Assembly: GCA_900617105.1 (NCBI GenBank)
Contig: UYFQ01000483.1
Span: 1 to 59,472 of the forward strand
Direction of reading: 5' to 3'
Length of the DNA stretch: 59,472 nt
Source of the DNA: Hydrurus foetidus
Taxonomy: Eukaryota
A model generated the notes under the pieces. That model was not told the DNA's origin and ran no database searches. It saw only the letters and a program-made list of their open reading frames with translations. Shown piece after piece: positions 24,658-35,548 of this stretch; position 1 is the stretch's first letter, and the number at the start of each line of letters is the position of its first letter. The position numbers and the translations under genes are program-made.

Positions 24658-25975
24658 TGAATTGAATATGCAGAATGAAAACAGTATTAAAGAGGAAGGG
24701 TTGGTGATTGAAAAAACAATTGAGAATTTAATGTTAATTAATGATGAAAGTATTATCAATTATTGGACATTAGAACAGCCAATGATGATTGAGGAAAACC
24801 TTGAAGAAAAATGTCTTCTGATTGATAAATTTTTTGATTCCATTGCCAATGAAAACAACAAAATTATGGAATCTGGAGCTGAAACTAAAGTTGAACCTGT
24901 ACTTGAAATTGGACCCCCTCAGATTGAAGTGCAACCGGATCATGAACCCAATAATAAATTATCTGAGAATAAAAGAATGAAATTCGTAAATTGGAATATG
25001 GTGTCCCATTTACAGCTGTGGCATAACAAAAACGATGATGCAGTCATTCATTTTCCTTGGGCTAATAGTTCTTGTGCATTGGACTCTACATTAAGCGCTC
25101 TATGGATCATTTATTTGAGAATGCAATCAAACATTGAGAGGCTAAATTTATTCAGAGAAGAGTTTCCAAAAGTCGTTGAAGTTTTTGATCATTTGTATGC
25201 AGGAGAAATTCATAACATTCAGGCTAAGGAAAGATTCATAAAGTTATTCAAGAATAAAGATAAAAGGTACAAGATAAATTCATCCGTGGAATTGAGATTG
25301 ATTACAGATTACTTGAAAAGTAATCTTTCTGCTGTTCATCCTAATGGTGAAGAATCCTTACTTGAATGGGCATACAAATCATATTGGTTATGTGCAACAT
25401 GTGGAGCTAAAACATGCCAGAAATATACTTATGGGCCTGAAAAAGGCGAGGATTTTGTTCACAGGAGAGACAATGTTTTATTCATGATAAGCTCATCTAC
25501 ATTTACAGTGCAAGAATCAATAGAGTCTATTCTATCCGAAAGTACATTAGTCAGAGTTTGTGAAAAATGTATGATACCATGCACTATATTGAGAGAATCA
25601 CTTTCGCATCCTATCATCTTACATCTGAGTTATCCTTATGGAGGCGAAGGTGTAGTAGTAGATGTACCTACTTTTATAGAGGAAATTATTATTGTAGAAG
25701 GAGTTGTTTATGATTTAGTGGGAGTTGTATATGGTGATGGGTTACATTTTTTTTTAAGATTTTTGAAAGACAGTAAAGTATACGAAGCTGATGGGATGCA
25801 ATGTCATTCGACATCTTCATATACAAAAAGAGTTAGAGCAGCATTAAGCAGAGAGCTACCTGGTTGTCACAAACAATCTCTCGCAGGACACATAGATAGG
25901 GAAATAAACGAAGGAAAAGTAATACTAGCTGGCAAAAAAGTTGCAGATATATATTATTTAAAACGTGAGAATTGA
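24658..25975 (+). CDS. USP/peptidase C19-like cysteine protease exon, spliced in frame to the transposase
   Basis: WANSSCALDS (Cys box), CxxC pairs CATC/CEKC, YDLVGVVYGDGLHF and VYEADG (His/Asp boxes); intron 24570-24657. Confidence 0.75.
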
Positions 25976-26142
25976 AATTAATTAAAAATATTTTTAGATT
26001 CAAAGATTTTTACTTCACTATTTAAAAAATGCGAGAAAGATATTGACGAAATGGCAAAATATAACTGCATCTTTGTTAAAGGAAGCTGCAGTAATACTGC
26101 TGTATCACTAAGGTGTTTTAGACGAATGTATAATGTATAATA

Positions 26143-26611
26143 ACTTTATAAAGTTAATAACTTTTGTAATACATCGAGTTCATCGACCCCACTTCATAAC
26201 CATGATCATAATACATATATATAGCAGTTTCATATCTTGTTTGATAGTTGTTCAACGTTTTGCTATATTTTAATGGTGTTTTCCTGGAATACTGCTGTAC
26301 TTTACTGCAGTTGTTTTAAATCAGTAATATCATTTTGCACTCATCGAACTGTTCCATGGCACATCATTCATTCGATAAATCATACAAAATGGTACCAAAA
26401 ACAGCTACTGGTCATAATAATACGATTATTATTATATGTTTTACACTTATTTCCATTAACTCTTACCTACACACATAAACTCGATGTATAATGACTTTAT
26501 AAAGTTAATAACTTTTGTAATACATCGAGTTCATCGACCCCACTTCATAACCATGATCATAATACATATATATAGCAGTTTCATATCTTGTTTGATAGTT
26601 GTTCAACATTT
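26143..26611 (+). repeat. ~120-bp direct repeat in Sola 3' region (~26143-26261 and ~26494-26611)
   Basis: ACTTTATAAAGTTAATAAC...GTTGTTCAAC occurs twice. Confidence 0.85.
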
Positions 26612-27067
26612 GGCTGTACCATAACGGTGTTTTAGACGGATATTGAGACCTTCTTTCTGTATTCGATCCCCGACCACATCAATAGGTCCTAAAAGTCTAA
26701 GAAACCGTTTTTCGCAACGAATATCACGAGTGCAATACTTTAAAGTACCATTACACGCATCATTATGATGAGATCTACTCAAAAATGCTATTTACATGTA
26801 AACGGTCCCATGCTTTCTGTAAACAGTCCCATGCTTTCTGAAAACGGTCCCATGCTTCCTGTAAACGATCCCCATAATTTTTATTCCCCGTTTTTTTCCA
26901 TCAGAAATTTTCCGTCTTTTTAAAACCGCTCCCCTGCTCTAAATAATACGAAGCAACTATATAACAGTACCATTACCGTACTTATCTCGACGAGAGCTAC
27001 TCAAAAACGATATCTCTTTGTTTTAAGTCCCCGAAATGGGACCGGTTACAGCGAAAAGTCGTCATAT

Positions 27068-27694
27068 CGAGAAATTTACTGGAGACATCGGTCGCAATAT
27101 GGCTGCCTTTATGCGAAGAAAGAAATCCCGTGGAGACGATGTTGAGGAACATCCTCTCATTAGAGGAATAAATAAAGTTGATGAACCAGTATATAAATTC
27201 CGGAGATGGGAAGGTCGTCCACCATATGAAATGTCTTGTTGGGGTCGTATGTTGGTACACCCTAGAACGCAAGATCCTACCGATCGCAAGGGCGGTGTTC
27301 TATTCAGAACACGTTTTCGTGTACCCTTCCCCTTGTATGAGAGGTTGGTAGAAATGACTCGGAATAATGGTTGGTTCAGTGAAAAAAATGATGCTGCGGG
27401 GCAAAAGTGTGCCCCCTTGGAACTGAAGATTCTTGGAGTACTTCGAGTTCTCGGGAGGGGATTCTGCTTCGATGGGATAGAGGAACTCTCTTATATAAGT
27501 GCGGAGGTCAACAGAATATTCTTCCACAAATGGTGCAATCACTTTGCCCACAAATATTTTTCTATCTATTGCAATCCTCCTGAGACACCAGAGGAGATTG
27601 CGAAAACACTGGCTGTATATGATAGACTAGGATTTCCGGGTTGCATTGGTAGTATCGACTATGTCCACATCAAGTGGGAACGTTGTTCATCCGG
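27068..27694 (+). pseudogene. Harbinger copy 2 transposase, N-terminal part
   Basis: Near-identical to copy 1 up to WERCSSG. Confidence 0.93.
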
Positions 27695-27910
27695 TGTGGT
27701 CGGGAGAGATGCAGGCTTGAGGGGTGATTGATACGGTTCAGAGGAAAGAGGAGCCCAACTTTCGATAACTTGAAATTAATGAGCGTAGCTCAGCAACAAT
27801 TCGACTCCGAAGTGCGTGGGTTATTACTCAATAGTTGGAAGTCGTAACTAAAGTTCGACGAGTAGAGAGAATTAGTGCAGTAGAAATTTCCCGATGGATA
27901 ATAGATCTAT

Positions 27911-28117
27911 TGTGGTCGGGAAATGGAGAAAGGGGGCGAGGAGTGGTAGGCTTAGTTACAGAGTCGCTATGCTAGAAGCTAGTTAACTTCTAAGTGGACG
28001 CTGCAGATGGCTACGACGATACTACAGCCTAACTGTAGTGTACAGTAGTAGTACCCGGTAGGATCCGGTAGAGTCGGTACCCGGTAGGATCGGGACCCTG
28101 GACCCGGTACTATCACA
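27911..28117 (-). repeat. 3' LTR of G1 (similarity to the 5' end extends, diverged, to ~27731)
   Basis: Plus-strand TGTGG...TCACA, adjacent PPT AAGATAAGTGGGGG on minus. Confidence 0.8.
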
Positions 28118-28495
28118 TTACCCCCACTTATCTTTCTTTCTTTCTAAAAAAATCTAAGCTAAATCTAAACTAAATCGAAACCCCCGTTTCTTTGCAAACT
28201 TAATATGCAACTTCAAATGAAAAAGAAAAGATATTGACAAATTTACAAAATCGAAAATTTGAAAAAAATAATAATAAAAGTGAACATAGAAAAATATTTA
28301 CAAAAGAAAAAGTTGCAGAGAAGGGGTTCGATGTCGAAAGATAAGGTGGGGTTGTACAAAAACAGTAGAGTACTGTTGTACGAGGGTCGAAAACGTAATT
28401 ATGTCAGATTTTTACTGACTAAAAAACCATAAAAATCCCTTAGAAAAGGGCAAAAAATTAGGCTAAAAAATCTTCAAAAGATAATACGTTCGAAC

Positions 28496-31400
28496 TCAAA
28501 CCTCATCGGTTGATCCCTCAAGATTCTTGGGAATAAAACGTGACATGTTATTATTCCGCAAGTATACATGGAGTGCATCACAGAGCCGGAGATTCTTCCA
28601 AGGCTCCCATGTATTATGTGAGTTATCATAGTTGAGCCATTTAACATGGAACGACATGGATGTCGGTTTCTTTGAATCACCAGTGTGACTAAGAACTTTC
28701 TCAACGAAATACTCCATGTAATCGCGACGTGCTGTATCAGCAGGTATGCCCAGCGATGGGTCATAATTGAAAATCTTAAGATTCTTCACATGTACACTAT
28801 TGTGCTTGTGTGTAATTAAGTTCGCGAGAACATACTCGGATCCCTCAAGGGAGACAACACGGAAAGGACCTTTCCACTTTGTGTGTAATCGAGTTGGAGG
28901 GTGTTCCTGTTTTACAAGAACATATGACCCTATAGGGAACACTGTCACACCTTGTGTGGACTTTTTGTGTTTGTCATCACATTTCTGAAGAGAACCGATT
29001 GCTGCATCGAGGACCTTGTCCTGTATATCGATGAGATCTGTGATGTATGTTGAATTCGAAGATGTCAACGTTGGTAATAGATGAGGTGTTAAAATACCCC
29101 GATTCAAATCAAGTTTATTGCCGAATAAAATCGAAGCAGGACTTGCATTTGTTCGTCGATTAACTGAACTGTTAATGATACGTTGAACGAATGGTATGCA
29201 TTTAGCATAGTGTTCAAGAGATGGTGTATCAAACACGAGACCGCGTAAGTGTCTATTCACTTCTTTGTTGACCCTTTCTACAATGGCATTCTCTTGTGAG
29301 GAGTAAGCCAAAGTGAGATTATGGGGTGTCCCCGTAAGGTCTAAGAACTCTTTAATGAGATCATTAGCGAATCATATTTGGCGATCCGAATCGACCAAAA
29401 TGAGTCAGTAAGCATTCAGTTGCAGACTGAGCAGTAGCATCCTTACACCAGAACATTTCTGTCCATCTGGAGAAGGTGTAAGTTATGACAAGAATATACC
29501 CTTTATCAGGGAATGGGTCAATATAATCGATATTTAATGTATCGAAAATAGCATGTGTTGAAGTTGAAAAATGAGCAGCGCTGATTTTTTGATCAACTGC
29601 GCTCAATTTCTGACAGCATGGGCAGTTTCGTATGAACGAGCGTACGTGCTGTTTCATATTTTTCCACAAGTGGTTAAGACTAAAGAGTCGAGTGAGGGTA
29701 CGGTCGACACCGTTGTGACCAACAATTGCATTGTGGCACATTTGAATGTAAACATTCTGTTCATCTGTCGGCGGTTTAATAACCGCTAAAGCCGAAACTG
29801 CGGAAGATGATGATGAAGAAGATGATGATGGAGTATCACCCTCGGACCTGATTGTCTTAGGCAGAGCAATTTCGGTAAGGTTTGGACATAACCGTGACAG
29901 AGCATCGGCAAGTTCATTATCTGTCCCTTTGACAAAGTGTACGGTAAAATCAAGTTCTTGCATGGCAATGAACCACCGTGTTACCATTGAGGTAGGGTTT
30001 TGTTTCATATAAGTCAAATTCATATGATCCGTATGAATAGTAAACTTACGGTCTCGAATGAGATAATCGAGTTGTTGGCAACAGAAAAAGATAGCATAAG
30101 CTTCTTTCTGTATTGTCGACCAATTAATTTGTGTTGCCGAGAGAGATTTGCTGATGAAGGCAATTGGTCTCCACACGATGTCGACAATTTGGAATAGTAC
30201 ACCACCGATTCCATAATCGGATGCATCAGTATATAGTCTGATGGGTGAATCATCATTGATGAAGTACATTAAAGGACAACGCGATACCGCGATTTTAGTC
30301 TCATTAAATGCTAAAGTCCCCTCGGGGGTCCAATATATGGGGAACGTTTAAGTGCCGTTGGGTCCACCATCATTTGAAGTTGTTTGACCATGTCCGAATG
30401 AAACGGTACAAATTGACGAAAATAGTTGGCTAAGCCAAGAAATCCACGAAGGGATGTTACTTACTTGAGACTGAATCTGCATTTCTTTGCTTTGAGTCTA
30501 AGATTCTTAAATCGAAATCTTTCAAAAACTCTGCGCAGATTCTTGAGAAACTCTGCTTCGCCCTGGCCATATACGATACAGTCATCGAGATACATCTCGC
30601 AACAGCTGTATATAAGACCGTAAAGGACCGTTGTGGCCATCTGCTCTTGAAAGTAAGAGGGGGCTCGACAAGGGCCAAAAGGCAATCTCGTGAACTGAAA
30701 CACCCCCATGAAACATATAAATGCGGTATAGATTCGGTGGGGTGTGTACAGAGGTGCTTGGTGGTAACCCGCGGTTAAATCCATTACTCCGTAAATATCC
30801 GGTTTTTTATTACCGATCCTCTCAAAGAGGTGTTTGATATTGGGTAGGGGAAAGGAGGCCGGCTCAATGCATTCATTGAGTGCACGATAGTCGATGCAGG
30901 TTCGATACGTATCGGCTGTCTTATTTACCATTACAGGATGACTGTAGTATGCAGCGTTCGACCTCTCGATCACACCATCCTCCAGCATCTCTTCAATTGA
31001 AGTGCGGAGGTAATGTTCCTTTTTAGAGGATTGTGGGCGCACTGGTGTGCGGTTCGATGGAACCTCCCATTTTGCCTAGGCAAATTGATCTCAAACGGTT
31101 TGAGATGTGCAGCTTGCGGGGCTAGCTTATCACTGAAAATATCAGCGAATTCTGAACAGAGAGTACGCAAATCCTTCTGAAGGCTTTCATCTCCCTCAAA
31201 ATGGATTTGTGACAAAAATCATCCGGCCCATTGGGCGGTACATTTCGGCACGTCTTGTCACGCAAGAAAGGTGCGAAAGTGTCAGTCTTGTCATTGTCAA
31301 TCTCGTCAACGGAGAGTGCGACACCGCTTGGCCATACGGCTTCCACGTCATAGTCTGATGTAACAGAGTCCCCAGAGGTATGTGTGAGGGTGGGAATCGA

Positions 31401-32325
31401 GTCACCACCTAGGTGCGGGGTATCACCCGTACGTTTTGCGAGTCTAGTCGTGACACTGCCAGTCGCTCACAACCCACATCACCACATGGACTTTGGGTAG
31501 CTACTCCCTCGGAACCAACCTGGGTAACGCTACACGTGAACGTTGCATGACAACCTGACCCCACGACTTCCTCAGTTAAAGGTGCGTGCAAAATGGCCTT
31601 CTTTGGTTTTGGCTTCGGGCAAAGGCCGTATGGTTCTCTTTTCAAAGCGAGTTTCGTCATTGTGATTCCATTCAACAAGTCATATGTTGGGGTAATCGAC
31701 TCTACCTCTGGTTCTTCGGGTTGGAATCCCTCCGATATCGTACGCCTGGTGTATTTGCTCCAGTGAAGTGGGTCAAGCTTTGTTATCGCTTCCCTTTCTT
31801 CAAATTCGCGCCAAAGAATATCCCTTTTCCTTTTGTTCTTCGCACTGAGCTCAGGAGAGATACCAAAAGCAAAAGGTGTTAATGACATAAAATCATATTT
31901 ATTTACAGTGTTGCGACTTAACAAAAGTTCAATATCTGTATTCCGATTAACTCGCAAGGTTAATGGATTTTGTGACATTCGCCATCATAAGAATGAAATT
32001 GGAGAGTCAAATTAATAATTTCGTTATTTATATAGCAATGGCCATCGAGACCAGAGCAAACAGTTATGGCTTTAGGAGCCTCATAACAGAGATGCATAGC
32101 ATTAAAATTTTGAATCATAATGAAAGAAATAAAATCCTCAGAATAATTGGCGGTGTTCAACACAGCCTTGCCCACCATGCGTCGTACGCTAGTCTGGTTA
32201 TCCGTATCCTTATCCTGTACCGAAACAGTAACGTTTAAGTAATTAGAAGGGAGGATAGACGGGTCATGCAAATATTCATCTTGAATAAGCGTTGGAAGTG
32301 TATCGACATGTGAAATGAACGACAC
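28496..32325 (-). pseudogene. pol: G1 pol: PR, RT, RNase H, integrase, chromodomain (several frameshifts/stops)
   Basis: LNTAN (PR, D>N), MDLTAGYHQ, LPFG, YLDD, TDASDYG, ADALSR, H-H-CPCC, VERVN, WKGPF, VKWLNYDNSHNTWEP. Confidence 0.95.
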
Positions 32326-33781
32326 AACATCCGGTAGGTTTAAAATGTCAGATGAATCAACATCATAATCATTTATACCTTGGTTTTATCCCGCGGAAGC
32401 GGAAGACGAGTTGGGTCCCCCCTGGGGTGGGTTGTATTTACCCCCACGGGGGTTTTTCCCTTGGTAGCCTCTACCAGCACTCTAGTTACCATAACCTTGA
32501 TTTTGGTTACCGCGGTTATTACCTTGGTTCCCTTGGTTACCCTGGTTGTTCTGGTTATTACCTTGGTTACCGCGGTTATTACTTTGGTTCCCTTGGTTGG
32601 GGTTGTTTTGGTTACCCTATCCATGGTTATTCTTTGACTTCTTGTTAGTGAACATCAAGAAGGGAGGGGAACCAGCGGGGTGGTGCCGCTGACGGTTTTC
32701 GTAGCCAGGCAGGATTAACCTTTCCTGCCACATGGCTTCACCGTTGGCTAACCATGCCTGCCCAACAGCTGATTCAGACCATTGAATGGAGTGATCGTTG
32801 TTTGTGTCAGTGTAATATAACACGGGGCATGCGGGAAGCATGTGTGCAGGATTTCCACACGAGCGGCAGACTCGAGGAGCCACTGGGGGTACCTCCAATG
32901 AGGTACGAACCGCTAGGGTGCTTTTGCCGCTAGGTGGATCCACATCGCGAATCGCGAGTGTACTCTCCCTCTTCTGTGATGCACGTAGAGGAGGTACTGC
33001 GGTACTCGGAAACGAGTAGATGAGATCAGGATTACCGTAACTCCTGCTCATTCGAATAGCCTCGCGCGCCGCGGAGACGACAGAGATGACGCGCATCATG
33101 GCGGACTCCCATGTAGGAGGTGATTGTGTGTCGACCCTCTTAGACTCAAAGTGGCCTGATTGGATACGACTGCCACGAGCAAGTCGTCTCTCCAAAATCG
33201 TTATCAACTCCGTCTGTTGGTTGGGAGTGATACGGCGAGTGCGCTCGTAATTGGTTACCAATATTTTGTACGCCATGTACGTGCTCAACTCTTCCTCATC
33301 GGAATTTAATGAGTAATGAAATGGCACCTTAGCGAAAAGTTCCGCTGATTAGTTTCGCAACATAATCAATGTCAAGTAGAGTCTGCCATTCGAACCTCTG
33401 TTCCAGTGTCAGGGCTGAATGAGCGCCGTCTGTCATAATCTTGACGTGGAGCAAGTCAATCGCTTGACGTTGCATGCATTCATTAATGCGTAAGCGAGGC
33501 AGCCGCTGAGCTTGCTCAAAGAAGCTCTCAGCGTCTTGCGGAGTGATGTAATCGCCTTTTAGGACGAATATCTCTCGCTGCATCTGCATAGTCTGTGGAA
33601 ACAGTATAGTCTGTGCCACCGAAGACTGTGAGGTTTGGGTGGCATTTAAAATACCCCCGTCCTCTTCTAGCACTTCCTCTTCCTCAGTGTGAACCACTGG
33701 AGGATGTTCGATGAGGTTACCCTCATCGTCGTAACGAGGATAAGATGCTTCTTCGTCATCTGCCATGGTATATGACTTCAA
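32326..33781 (-). pseudogene. gag: G1 gag with CCHC knuckle and N/Q/G-rich tail
   Basis: CRSCGNPAHMLPAC; frameshift ~33330; in-frame TAG/TAG/TAA inside GNQ repeats. Confidence 0.8.
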
Positions 33782-34340
33782 GACGTTATGAATCCGTCAA
33801 AGTCTAAGCAACGAAGGGATCTCCGCGTCAAAAAAAATTTGCCAGAGCTTCGCCTTGTTAGCTTTGAGGGTACTTTACGCAAGTAACAGCGAATAAGTCG
33901 ATTTCAACCAACTCTTGTTGAGAAAATCTCTTAGGCGTGAAAGCCAATTTTTGAGTGGTGAAAATTTTTGGTGTCCGTAAAGGATGAAGGAAGTAATTCC
34001 CACCAGCCAAAAGAAGTCCTTAGACTAATTTGGTGTCGCTAGCAATGAATCCAATGTTCAAATTGCAAACCGACGAGTTTGAAAGTGTCGAGTGGTGAAG
34101 GCTTTCGCGAATTCAACCAACTACGAACTTTGGAGACACCAATAATGGGTTCCAAGAGGAAAGAGGCTAAGCCCAACTTTCGCTAACTTAAACTAAGTTC
34201 TTGGAGCGTAGCTCAGCAAGAATTTCGACTCCGAAGATGTCGTGAGTAATAATACTCAGTTGTTGGAAGTCGTAACTAAAGTTTCGACGAGTAGAGGGAA
34301 TTAGAGGCAGTAGAAATTTTCCCGAGGATAATAGATCTAT

Positions 34341-34540
34341 TGTGGTTGGGAAATGCAGAAAGGGGTCGAGGAGTGGTAGGCTTAGTTACAGAGTCGCTAT
34401 GCTAGAAGCTAGTTAACTTCTGAGTGAACGCTGCAGATGGCTACGACGATACTACAGCCTAACTGTAGTGTACAGTAGTAGTACCAGGTAGAATCCGGTA
34501 GAGTCGGTACCCGGTAGGATCGGGACCCTGGACCCGGTAC
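34341..34540 (-). repeat. 5' LTR of G1, interrupted near its start by copia B
   Basis: Highly similar to 27911-28110; ...GACCCGGTAC abuts TGTCAG of the copia LTR. Confidence 0.85.
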
Positions 34541-35461
34541 TGTCAGACCACTTGATTCTATCAAGATATGTCTGTAGTAATATAGTTGCAAATATAGTTT
34601 CAAATATATACATGTACGTTATGCGACACGTATGTACGTACGTAAGTACACATGCAGATATGATAACATGCACACGTACACACGTACTTACACATGTTAG
34701 TGCATACTCATTTATGCATACGTACACACATGTACTTACACATGTACGTACATAGTCAATATGTACGTACGTACGTACGTACGCACGCATGTAGCATAGC
34801 GTACACTTGTATGGTCACGCACACACGTACATACGTACGTGCACATGTTAGTACAAATTATTATATGCATACGTACACACACGTACTTACACATGTATGT
34901 ACATATATAATATGTACGTATGTACGATCGCCAATAGCGTAGTACATAGATGTATAGGCGTACATACGTAAGTACCACTGTACTTACGCATGTACGTTCT
35001 TATACATACACATGCATACGTACTCCTATAATATCGCCATATAGCAGTTAGTACTCACGCATGTACGTTCATATACATATACACGCATACGTACCCCTGT
35101 ACTATCGCCATGTATCAGTTAGTACGAACCCTCTGACCTCACGCAAATGAACGTTCGCCTTTCATGATTCTTCAGTATCGCCAAAACACTTCGTTACTAT
35201 AAGCATTCATGCAACGTTCCTCAAGCACATGCTATGAACAACACATCTCGCTGTGAACTTTGTCTCAAGGTAGTTTCACTGTCATGAACTGTTCTGATAG
35301 CTCTTTTGCGTGGCTATCTGTAAACTCTAATCAGAATTTAATACGTTGTACTTCACAGCTTCGTCTACTCGATAGCTCACTGAATTGAGACAGTAGCCTG
35401 CAGCTGCTTCTCCACCTTCGCTGCGAACGCTAGAAGGTGACATCTTGTATTTAGTCTTACA
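34541..35461 (+). repeat. 5' LTR copia B with alternating purine-pyrimidine U3
   Basis: TGTCAG...CTTACA; homologous to 380-1267. Confidence 0.95.
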
Positions 35462-35548
35462 TGGTAGCGATTGTTTATAGTGATTAAACGATTGCCGTGG
35501 ATTCCAGGATTCTGAATTTCCTTCCTCAACTTTCAGAACCCTGCAATC

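Larger units (their letters stand above)
22469..27063 (+). mobile_element. Sola-like DNA transposon
   Basis: 27-bp TIR GACGACTTTTCGCTGTAACCGGTCCCA (22469-22495 / 27037-27063); TSD ATAT confirmed by the empty site in Harbinger copy 1; subterminal TGTAA(C/A)CGGTCCC repeats. Confidence 0.9.
27695..34540 (-). mobile_element. Ty3/gypsy chromovirus G1 (decayed)
   Basis: LTRs 27911-28117 and 34341-34540 (last 7 bp displaced by copia B); PPT; gag-PR-RT-RH-IN-chromodomain. Confidence 0.93.

Noticed and set aside
27036..27731. 231-aa ORF as an independent gene
   Set aside because: Chimera: ATG from the Sola TIR, Harbinger body, stop from G1 sequence
32373..32624. T/K/V-rich 83-aa ORF
   Set aside because: Alternative frame of the N/Q/G gag repeat
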